A stretch of 45,970 nt of DNA from Hydrurus foetidus (Eukaryota). Positions 1 to 11,700 of the stretch are shown piece by piece (within the stretch, counting starts at the first letter, position 1; every line of letters begins with the position of its first letter). A program made the translations under genes and the position numbers. Location of the stretch: assembly GCA_900617105.1 (NCBI GenBank), contig UYFQ01000459.1, positions 1-45,970 of the forward strand. The letters are read 5' to 3'. Under the pieces are notes generated by a model. That model searched no databases, was not told the origin of the DNA, and saw only the letters and a list, made by a program, of their open reading frames with translations.

Positions 1-771
1 CACAGGTGATCCGTTAGTGTGCTTGTATGGAAGCGACTTGGTGAAAGTTAGTATATGTGTATTTGTCAGGTCTTTATGTGTCTATCAACAAACGAGATAT
101 ATGCGTGTTATGTCAACATGTATATAAAAGAGTGTACGCGATATCTTGGTGCGTGTTTAAGTGAAGTAGAAGCGGAGAGAAAATATTGATGAGTAGAGTA
201 TTGAGGACAGATAAGAGGGGCCGGGGAAGAAGAAAGTTAAGGAGAATTTTGCAGAGATACACCCCCTTCCGTTTTTGGTCAAGATTACCCCTGCATCTAC
301 CACACATATCTGTTTCTGCGAGCAACGTTACTGAATAAAATATAAAAATAGGGGAGAAAAATGAGGGAGAAATATTGTTGTGTATACCTCGTAGCTGAAT
401 TGCCAGCCGATCGAGTGTAAGTGTCGCTAAGCGTGAGTTTCTTCATCATCTTGGACATCATCTTGGTCACTGATGTTCTTCGTGATCCCTCCTCCACTAC
501 CTCTTTACCACCGGTCTCTACCTTTAGTTTAGAATCTTCTTTATATAGAAGTGAGCCGTTTCTACTTGACGTAGCACTGTTCCTCTTACTGCTATTGAAT
601 GTGTATTCACAGGTGATCCGTTAGTGTGCTTGTATGGAAGCGACTTGGTGAAAGTTAGTATATGTGTATTTGTCAGGTCTTTATGTGTGTATCAACAAAC
701 GAGATATATGCGTGTTATGTCAACATGTATATAAAAGAGTGTACGCGATATCTTGGTGCGTGTTTAAGTGA
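1..771. repeat. Direct repeat: 1-164 matches 608-771 (offset 607)
   Basis: Read base by base, 164 nt are identical except one substitution (TGTGTCTATC vs TGTGTGTATC). The left copy is cut by the window edge. Confidence 0.95.
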
Positions 772-3700
772 GTATGTATGTGTTGCATAAGTGTGTGTGT
801 AAGTATGTACGTGTCATGTAAGTATGTACATGTCATGTAAGTATGTACGTGCTATGCAAGTATGTACGTGTCATGCAAGTATGTACGTGTCATGTAAGTA
901 TGTACGTGTCATGTAAGTATGTACGTGTTATGTAAGTTTGTACGTGTCATGCAAGTATGTACGTGTCATGTAAGTATGTACGTGTCATGTAAGTTTGTTG
1001 GTGTCATGTAAGTATGTTGGTGTCATGTAAGTATGTACGTGTCATGTAAGTTTGTTCGTGTCATGTAAGTATGTAAGTGTTATGTAAGTTTGTTGGTGTC
1101 ATGTAAGTATGTACGTGTCATGCAAGTATGTACGTGTCATGTAAGTATGTACGTGTCATGCAAGTATGTGCCCACATATTACACTGCGCACATCAACAAA
1201 TGCATATCATAATATGAAATGATAAAATCCCGGATAGAAAGAACAAACAATCGAAACTAAGAAAGGCAATAATTGAAATGACTTCATTACCTGTTTTGGC
1301 TACTGATAGATGAAGATTTGTTTCCTTGAAAGAAATTCATCGCTTTCGCTCTCATAGATTTAGTACGCGTATCTTTCTGCATCTCTCCTTTTTTCTCCAC
1401 AACATCAGCCATTTTTTCTTCGACTGACTGAAACTGTGTGACTGACATCTCGTTTTCATCCTCCCTATCATCGTCTACGTGAAAGGATTTGAAGATGTCG
1501 ATATCTACGCTGCTATACCCACCAACTAATGCCGTGCTTACATTACTACCTACCCTCTCTCTCCCTCCTCTACCTCTTTCTCTCCCTTCATCATTGTACA
1601 GGTCGATATCAGACACGGCTGATAGCACATCCTCTTCTATCGTATTCACCTCAGTATCCCATCCCTTTCCCTCCCCTCCTCTTCTTTCTTTTCCACTTGA
1701 ATCGAGTGCTTTCACACTGTAGAACGAATCGCCACACACAGACTCTTCAAGTCTCCACGTTTTGTCCATTACGATAGTGGTAGAGTCACAGTCTGTCTCA
1801 CTGCCACTGTCGTTGTTGTTGTAGTCGTGCTCATCCTCTTCCTCTAGTAACAACTCGTCACTGACAGCAATCTCTTCCTTCTTCTCTTCCTTCTTTTCTA
1901 CCACCTCGACTGTCTCTTTCTCCTCCACACTGTCTTTTTTCTCTTCTGTGTCCTCCTCAACTTTATCTTCTAGTCCCCAGTAATCGATCTCCCCAACTTC
2001 ATCAACTTCGATAGTCAAGTTCGTAATGCCGTTTTTGGCATGATCCACATCATCAGCAGCTGGAATGACCTTGCTAACTTCTCTCTCTGTTTGAATAAGT
2101 TTTTCAGTCACTTTTTGAGTATTTTTTACGTTCGTTTTTTCGTTTTTGATGATTTGTATTTCTTCTTTTCCCTCCTCCTCCACACTATTAAAATGCGGAA
2201 ACAACTTAACCGCTTCTAATTTATCCTCCACATCTCTGAAACTGCGCGAGCAATCATCCTCCTCATCTCCTTCCTCCATTTCCTCTTCGAAGTGTAAGCA
2301 CTTCACAGGCGTGCGATCAGTCAGCCAAGCATGTGGTGTCTCCACCTCTTTCTCTACCTTTTCTTTCAGCGGAAAAGCATCCATCCTCTTGACAACTCTC
2401 ACTTCTTTGATTGGCGTTTCGATCTTTTTCTCCACTTTTATCAACTCGCATTTCTCCTCCCACATGCTAAGAGCTTTTGGTTTTTTTAGTTCGTCTTTCA
2501 CCGCTTTTTTCTTAGTCTCCCATAGTTGAAGTGCACTCACTTTATTTCCGTTGTCTTCATTGTCTTTTTCTTTTTGAACAATTTTGCCTACTTTACTTGG
2601 CGTTTCTCTTGTGTTGTTCCAAGTGCTGTTCTTCTTGTAATCGTTGCCATTAATATCGAGTTTGTTTATCACCTTCAACTCTTCGATCTTCTCACCGTTT
2701 AATTTCATTTCCGATTTTACGAGCTGCATTTTCATTTCCCACAATCCGACAACACTCTTTATCTTCACGTCATTTTGACTTGCCCTTTTCTTTGCGAGTA
2801 AAGGTGCTACTTTTTCCTCTTCTTCAACTTCAATTACGTGGACGACATTGGTAGCTGGCTGCACTGCTTTCTCTACCTTTTTCCAGACGGGAGGATTGAC
2901 TACTTTCCCTACCTCTTTCTGAATCATAGGATGCACTACTTTCACTAACTCTTTCTGTGAGATGATAGCAGCTACAAATTTTGAATTAGTAGATAAACTA
3001 TCAGGGCTTTTTTCCGCCGTGACGAATTGACGGTCATTAACCACTTTGGAGGTCATCTGTAAGTCACTGAAAATCATGCTCGTCTCGATAGGGATGTCAT
3101 CACTCATCAGAGCGGAGAGGGATTGATCGATTGAGGAAGTGTTAGTATTCTCACTCGTACTACTGCCAGACTCGATGGATTTCTCGCTAGATGAAATTGT
3201 GTTTCCTTTCTCCTTCCCCTCCTCTCTCACCTCTTCACACTCCCCTCCTCCTTCTCGTTTTTCTCCTTCCACCTTTTCTTCCCTCAAGTCTTCAAGAAGA
3301 CTACCAGTGACAGGAGATTTGTCAACTGCACTGTCCTGCTCTGCACCTACACAGCTCTTCTCACTCCCCTCCTCTCTCAGACCAGCAGCAGCAAGAGCAA
3401 GGGATGCAGCTGTCTCAGTCGGCCTCCTCCACCGATTCATAGTGGGTATTTTAACGGACCACCTCCCCGTCTCTAGCACCTCCGCTCTCTGCACTCCGAT
3501 TAAATGAGCCGTATCTAGCAGTCTCTTATTGCTCTCCGTTCTAATTGGTCCGGTTATTTCCGGCCTAGGTTTAGTAGATAGTCTCGGGTTCGAGCCTTGA
3601 AAGGAGTCACGTTGGTTGTAAGAGGGATTTACTAAAGGAGAGTTCTGGGATGAAAAGGGGTTCGGTGAGTCGGTGCTTTCACGGCCACAATCGACCGAGG

Positions 3701-6700
3701 ATACCGTTTCTCCGGTAGGGGATTCTTGGGCGGATGGGTTGGATGAGCGTGGAGAGAATGGACTGCTGGTAGACTGGTCTACAGAGAATCTCCTAACAGC
3801 TTGAATGCCTTCAGGTGGGGACATAGGTAGCATGAGTGACAGAGGAGCGTTGGAGGGTATTAAAAGCTGCGTCATCTTGAGGTTGGGAGAGTGGAGAGGG
3901 GAGGGGATGTTCGATGGTGCTGTCATGTCGCGCATGGAAGGGGAGAGGGGGGACATAGGTGAAGGGGTAACATCCCCCGACTCAGTGTCGTAGCAAGCTG
4001 ATAATGAAGCCAGCAATCTCAATTGAACGAAGTTGGGATAGTGCTGTGGGGATGATGAGGCGCTTGAGCGAGCGGGAGAGGAGAAGTACACCATATTCTG
4101 TGACTCACTGAATGTCACCGATTTAATGACCATCTGCTCTACCACAACCTCTCCTTCTCCCTCTCCTTCTCCTTCTCTGTATTTCTCACTTCGTAATATT
4201 CCTTTGTCGCTTCGAGTTGCAATCCCGGAACTTGGTCCAGATTCCGGATTGTCTTCCTCTCTGTGATCGATGAAACTGCTTCGCACTCCCGCCTTAACAC
4301 TACCTCTTCTCACCCCGGTCACGCTGGGATGTAGACCGTTCATGGATGCGGCTGATGGAGCATCACTTGATGCTGAAGCAGTGCGATTAGGGGGGGTGAG
4401 GACGGGTGCGAGAGGAGGTAGAGAGGAAGGTAGTGAAGAGGGTAAAGAGGGGATGGAGTTTCTTTGGTAGAGAATGGAGCATGATCCGTGTGCGTACTCA
4501 TCACTCCCACTCTTCTGCACGTGTATATGAGCAATTCCATCTCCATTTCTATTTCCACAACACCCCCCTTCTGCTCCCTCTCCCTGTCCTTCTCCTCTGT
4601 CAGAATCATCAAACACTCTCACAGTTGTTCCTCTCTTCATGTTATTTCCGATTATTTGTTTTGGCGCGAGTATTGTGCTCACTCTTCTTTTGAAATTCAA
4701 ATTCTCAGCGGGCAATATCGTGCCTAAAATTGTTCCTCCTATTTATGGTGAGTTTAGTTGTAACGTATTAGATAAGATGATTCAAAGAAACTAGAGGATA
4801 ACGTAAATAGCACGAGTATCCATCGCGTGATAACAAAGCTAAATAGTAGTGAATTAATAACGCATGGTGCAAATGAAATAATGTTGATGTTTTATACGGC
4901 ATTATTACAAGATTAAACAGTAAGAATAATGAAAACTGTAACAATAAACAGGAGAAGAAATGATGGCAATCAACATGTTTGATCGCGAATTAAAAACGCA
5001 ACTTTTTATGAAAAAAACAAAAAAACTCTCTCATTCAGCCATTATAACTATGCAGTGCATAGAATGAACCTCTACATTGTACTGCACCTTGCTTAAAGTT
5101 CTTGGTGTAACACCCGTAGCAAAACGGCCACCCACCGTATTGGGTGTAACTGTCAAGTGTTAATACTCTGTTACACCCCCACGCCAACTCGCCATCGCCA
5201 CACTGCATTATTTCATTTGTCATAGAGTGAATGAATACAAATTAAACAGAATGCATACTTGATTAATAATTAAGAATGAGGTGTCATTTAATGGTAAATA
5301 ACGACGAAATAGAATTTTTTTGGTCATTGTCAGATAATGATGAGAGAAGATAATGAAGTGTTGCGTTTCTACATTTACTTGGGATAGGTGTAAGGAAGTG
5401 TTAGCATTTAAATGAACGAATAACTCGATGATAAGGATAGCTCCCCCACGACATTTTGAGACAGAGGTAAGACAAGACAGGACACGTCTGACTTTATCCT
5501 CGTGACAGCGCGATAATGATGATGCATATGGACGCAATTAGAGGATATTCCATCAAAAACAAAAGAGTCAATTTCAAGTTGGCTCCTCATGATTTTTAGT
5601 TCTTCGTTCTTACTTTGAAACAAGATCGATGCCATGCTGCGCCTGTGATAAAAAAAGAAAGAAAGAAAATCAAATGAGGATATGAAGGGGATGAAAATCG
5701 TGAAATAAAGTCCGTGTAAGAATCTTAGAAGTGAAGGTAATTTCTATACATTCTGCAGACAAAAGTTGAGACTGAGATAAATAAATCACGGCAGTAAAAC
5801 TGTTCCCTTGCAAGAATTGGCTGTGTAGAATGTGAAGTGGTTTCTATTTGCGATTCAAGAAGGTCCCACATCAATACCACCCTTAGATCCATAGCTCGCA
5901 GAGTAGAATATTTCAAATAGCGATTTCAAAGTATGATTAAAGTGCAATGATAATTGGTATTAGAGTCACCTGCGGCCACTACTTCTTCGGCTTTGAAAAT
6001 GACCATGTTGCATTTTGGACAAGTGTTGTTCTTCCCCACGTTAGTCGTGAAACTCTTGCCAGAAATCTTGTTAACCTTGATTTTGTTAAGATAATAATTC
6101 AGAAAATATGAAGGAATGAGCTGATAGAATTTTGAGTTGAATAATCAGGCGATGGAATACTCTCGTGGGTTGAGCAGATCGCATACATGTATCTCTATCT
6201 ACACATTCCTGAACTATTAAATAGAATGATCACCTGTCCATTTGAACTCTTCAATGCAACTTTTCCACCGAAAGAAAAAGCTTTGGCACGCTCTAAGAAG
6301 GATCCCGGTGACCCGTAGTCAATACAGGATTCCGATAGACCGTCATGCGCACTTGTAATGCTGCCGTTCCGACTACTGACAGTGACATTCATGCTGTTCC
6401 GAACACTCTGGATGTAGTCAGAATAGTCGTGGCTGTCAGATCTTGGGATTGACTTGACTCTCTTCTTAGCAGAGCTTAATGGGGTGTCGTTTTCCTCCTC
6501 CACTGCTCGTTTCTCTGTAGATTCGTTTCTGTGATCGCGTAGCTTCTGCAGTATCATGGGACTCGCTGATTTTGAGATGTTCGGAGAGCAGGGAGATACG
6601 TTCTCATCCTGTCCTGATCCTTGAATATAGGGGAGGTGAGTTGACGTCTTTGATGACCCAGAATTTGATCTCGATAAAGCAAATTGTTTGCGCAACTCGA

Positions 6701-6854
6701 CTAGAATATTCGAGCTGGATTTGACATACTTTGTGACTGGAGTAATCGGAGTGCCACCCATTGAATTATCGAAAGCGAAGAGGTTCAAGTCGAAGTACTC
6801 CCTGTCATCGACTGGTGACTTCTCCCCATCATCTTGCGTAATTAATTCATCCAT
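297..6854 (-). CDS. LIM-domain protein with long low-complexity/disordered regions (multi-exon; 3' end uncertain)
   Basis: Model on the minus strand: 6854-6234, 6075-5970, 5642-5614, 5202-5088, 4723-1291, 591-388, then tentatively 330-297. All introns are GT-AG and frame is conserved. Exons 2-4 assemble CPKCNMVIFKAEEVVAAGAAWHRSCFKCGDGELAWGCNRVLTLDSYTQYGGWPFCYGCY, a LIM pattern (C-x2-C...WH-x2-C-x2-C...C...C-x2-C). The 1142-aa ORF ends at a donor site (AG|GTAATG at 1291/1290). The exon-4 donor could alternatively be at 5070. Confidence 0.8.
801..1169. repeat. 19-bp minisatellite (AAGTATGTACGTGTCATGT)n, about 19 copies, intronic
   Basis: Head-to-tail copies with point variants and no spacers, inside the 1290-592 intron of the LIM gene. 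Confidence 0.95.
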
Positions 6855-8787
6855 GGCTAGCTCTAAACCCTCCACGAAAAGAGTTGTCCTGAATTGGTAA
6901 CTCACTGAGCTGGAAGCGCTGGGATGTGCCGTCGATATTCAGATAACGATGACAACCGCGTTACTACAGAGTTGTGTAATTCTTTAACTACTCCCAGAAA
7001 CGGCGGTTGGTTGTTTTCATCGTCATATCATAGAAGACAGCGATGAAGTATCGCCAAAAATACGACTGTAAAGCATACGGTGCGGCAAAATAACGACTTG
7101 GTAAAATAAAAACACGCAACCCACAGACGGATTCGCACCTCGGATTTTGGTTTTCAACGGAAGCTAAAAACTAAAAACAAAACGGCTACTTTTTAATCCG
7201 GGAAAAACAGGTACCACTTTCCATCGTTCTATCGACACCCCAAAGAATGACGTAGTTTTCGTTGATGACAGAAAAATCTCACCGCATAATTATCCCGGAT
7301 AGATACTATTGTTATCAAGTTCATCGTGTGTCGACAGAAGAACATTCCAAATCCTGAAGAACACCTGAGATGATCTTCGAAGGGCTTCACGAATGATATA
7401 GTGGAATTTTTACACTAGTACAGTAGCCGCATGGTTAACACGAAGAGTGTCAGTTACTATAAATTCCGCGACATTGCCATCGCTTGGGAACAACGATTTG
7501 AATATTGCTCCACAAAGAACATTCTGATCGAAGACCTTCGGATCATTCTTTTCATCTGTGGGCGGTGGTTCAATTTATATTGGATCCTAATTTGAAATTC
7601 ACGCTTTTTCTAATTATCTTGAGTCTAATAACATGGACGTTTGGAAAGATGTAACGAATCATTCTATGCTCTCCTTTATTCAGTAGATACTATGCTGAGA
7701 AAAAACTACACAGGTATGCGTCATTCTTAATGGATATCTCAATGTCATCATGAAACTCGGACACATATTCTCCCCAGAGGGAGCCAATCGAAATTATCCC
7801 AAAGGGATTTAAGGGCCAAATACTTCTAAGGCGCTATAGTTTTCGGTTTCGGCAAACATCAATCATTAGGTAAAGACGAAACAGGATAAAAATGTTTCCT
7901 CGATTGTCAGATCAAAACACTTCGTTGTCAGTTTACGATCTGTGAATGGTGTTGATCAGTTGTTTTTCATAGAGATCAGATTCGAAAAATATTCCAGCGA
8001 GCACTTATCAATTGACGTGTATCTCATTAAGCCCTCTGCCCGATAACGCGAACATTCTTCTGCTTTATCAGGAATGTTCTTGAGGCGTACTCAAAACTCA
8101 AAACTCAAAAGGACTTCGCACTTCACAGTTCCTCATTGAATTTGACGCGTGGCCGAAAACCGGAACCGGAACCCCCTGGGCCTTCAAGTTTTTTTGTGAG
8201 GCCCCGCCGCCGCATTTCTCGGGATTCTTTCCGATCAGATTGGGGGGATAGGGTTGATTTTTGATTTTCTCGTTTGTCTATCTGTCTGTTCTTTTCGGCG
8301 ACAACGCAAGCCCTAGTTACTTTTCGAGAAATACCTGTGAAGTACCGCCATCAGCAGGGACGGCGTCTGATCCAGCACTGTTTGTCCTTCATCCGAATCT
8401 GCGTAGCTCACCAGAAACGTCGACAATCGCCCGGAAATTTTTGCTCATGTAGCAATTGTTACGACAGTATTTATTCCTCGTGCGTCTCCTAAACATTTTG
8501 AAAATCCTTATCTGCACCAGTTTTCGGAATTTTACAATCAGTCTCCTAAGACAATCGCTAGGAGAAGAGTTCATCAAGATCTCAGAACGCGTAGCGTTGT
8601 GCAAAAAATCCCCCCCCAACTATCTGGCGGCTTCAGTTGCAGTTTCTTCCGGGCGAAGCTATTGATTAGTCAAAGCATTGCCCACCGACGAAATTCTAGA
8701 AAACTCGAAATTTGATCGATAATCACATCCGTAAGTGACCTTCGACTTAACCCCTGAGCCTCCCCCATCTACTCCCTTCATCACCGA

Positions 8788-11700
8788 ATGAGCACCATAG
8801 CGTGCCGCAGTTGCGGCGTAAACCCTGTTTCCATCCGATGCCTACAATGCATGGAGGATCGTGCGCTGCTGTGCCTCGTCTGCGCACGACATCACAACGA
8901 AATTAAGCTGTTCTGGAATCACGAACTGATCCCATTATCCAGCAGCTACCACGACTCCAGAAGCGATAGGGACCACAACCTCTCACAAGCAAACTCCAGT
9001 CACCTCAACCCCAGCACCTTTCGCCCCAATTCCGCTCAGTCTCTAATGGCCATGCAATCCCATCGAGAAAGAGAAGAAGCCAACAATCTACGTCCTCCGG
9101 TTGCCTACCGAGGCCTCATACCATCCAGACAAGGTTCTCTCTCGGGTCCGGGGGGCGGACCATTAGGCCCCGGACCCCACGGACAGGGACCCGGCCCTCT
9201 TCTCAATGGGGCAGGTGCTGGAGCGTACACCTCCAACATCCGCAATAAGGTCATCCATGTTACTCCAGCGACTTTCCACCTGATCCGCTCTAACGCGCTG
9301 CTCCTCGAAGACATCAAGGTAACTAACTAAATATACCACCAACACTTATTGCGATGCCATTACCATCTTCGTGCCTATGAACTTTCCGCATTGAAGCACG
9401 ACCATTAAACGCCGACATCTGTTTCTTTGCGCGCTATCCTTTTTAGACTTGTACGGGATGCAAGATCTTCGTGTCATCAGCTTCAAGCCATGTCACAGTG
9501 GTCGCATCCGCCAATGCAGTCGAGCTGGTCGGCACAACAGTGCAAATCGAAGGCGCCATCAAGTGCCTTACAGACCTTACATCGGCTCTCAATTCCTCTA
9601 AGCGCAAGACTGCACCGGGAAAGTTCCCAGGAGACGGACCGGAAGGACAGATTCCGAGTCTGAGCAACAGCCCACACCTAGGACCCCAACCCGGACCCCA
9701 AGGGCCATTCAACCCCCAGGCAGGAAGGGGACCAGGAGCAGGTCCATGGCCACCCCGTGGGGCGGAGCATCCTCCGCAGGGGTATCCTGGAGTACCACCG
9801 GGACCGAGTCACTTGGAACAGCGGCACATGAATGCGAGAGAGCAAATGTTGGCAAGAGAGCAACTGCAGCTGCAGCGACTATACGCCCATTCTGCTAGCG
9901 CCTCAGGAGCAAGCTTGTCCCATCCCAATGGTGTCGGTGGCGGAATCCCCCGCCTCGGACCCAGCTCTGGATTGGGAGGCAGTCCTCGAATCAATCCGAT
10001 GGCTGGCCCTGTCGGTGGTGGTGGAAGACACACCATGCCCCCAGCAGTTGACACTGGAGGAACAGGAACAGGAGCAGGGGGCACTCCCCGACCAAGCATG
10101 ACTACCTTGTCCGCCAACGCAATGGTCTTCGCCCCCTCTGTACCCCAGACATCGCCCCTTAGCCCACTTGCAATTAATGCTCCGCTTTTCATCCCCGCGG
10201 GCCAAGCGCAGAACCCAAATCCAACCTTAAGTCCACCTACAGCCCCAACTGCGACCGGTGCCGCTTTCTTACGCAGTACCGATGACGCAGAGCCTCCTCT
10301 TACAGTCGCTAAGGAAGACGGTCTTGAAGAAGAAATGGACTTCGAAGCGAACCCAGGCATGAACTTCAACTTTGAAATCGAGGGCGAAGCAGCGGCCAGC
10401 GGATCGGGCACTGCTGAGGAGAGCTCGGAAGTTGAAGCGATGAGTAGGAGATTTCTCACAGGTGCGTCAACACGCCTGCAATCAATGCATTCCCTAGCTT
10501 TTTCAACTTTTCCCCTTGATTCCACACACCTGACATTTCCCACTTCTCAGCATTTCCTCCGTCAAATTTTCTCAATCAATATGTTTAACCAAACCAATTA
10601 GAGCAAGTGAGTCCGTCAAAATCCTAATAAATTCTGCATTACCGCATCACTTTATACAATAGGTCTCGATGAAGACATGAACTTTGGTCTGGATTCTTAC
10701 AGTGCCTTCGACGAGCCTTTCACCTTTGAAGATACCTCCTCAAAGGCACCCGTCGAAACGGATTCCCTCTCCCTCCGCTCCCTCTCTCCTGAGAATCCTG
10801 TGCTGGGAGATAGTGGATGGGATGAGGACGGGGAGAAAGTGGATTTATTTCCATCGCCCACGAAGAGAGCGGCCATACCTTTTGCACCTCCCTCCCTCGA
10901 AGCTCCTCCAGACGACCCCGATATCACTGATGACATCCCTACATCCACAGCTATCTCCGCCTCCCTCCCTATCACAACCGTCCCTGCGGTAGTGATACCT
11001 CCTCCTCTACCCCTACCCGTACCCCTTCCTACACACGTCCCAGTGATCATCACTCCCACCAACGTTGTTATCCCCTCAGGCACGGCGCGATTCACAGGAT
11101 TCACATCGACCAGCCAGGTACAGATCACCATCCCTTGCATCTGAACTCGTCACTTTCCTTTGACTAGTGCAGTACTATTTCATGACTAGACGATGAATCA
11201 AATTGTCTTGCAGACAGACAGACTGTCCTGTAACATGGAAATCACTCCTCGTCTGAAATGTCGAACACCTCAACTCACGTACTTGCATTCATCTATCTCA
11301 TATCGTCCACAGCAGGATGACGATTCCAATCCGTACCAAACAGGAGGGTCGACCTCGAGTTCAACAACGATGCCGCTTCAACTGAATCTCCTCCCTACCA
11401 TCCTGACTCAAACTCAAGTCTTAGGGTCGAAGGAGAAAGAGGACAACTACTCCCCCACTTCAACAGCAGCCACCCTTACCCTCTCCCAGGGTCACGCCCT
11501 TCCCCTGTCGTTGGGACTGGACGGCTACAGTATCGAGGAGAAGGAGAAGAGCAAGTTGGAGTCGCCTTCTTCCTTCACGCCTAGATCGGAGGCAGGCAGC
11601 GTGAAGGACTCTATTGTTAGCGGCTCTTCTGCTCCATCAGCCCGCATCGAGTGGCCGTTCAGCAAGGTAACTAATTGCCATATCTGAAATAATTCACTGA

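Noticed and set aside
801..1169. CRISPR-like array
   Set aside because: Units are contiguous with no unique spacers, in a eukaryotic intron with no cas genes.
6960..8780. Small ORFs or snoRNA-like boxes between the divergent LIM and KH genes
   Set aside because: No recognisable protein, splice pattern or complete C/D box pair.
9809..11140. Long antisense ORFs, here and opposite HSP90, the LIM exon and both pol genes
   Set aside because: Shadow frames of real coding sequence with no independent motifs.
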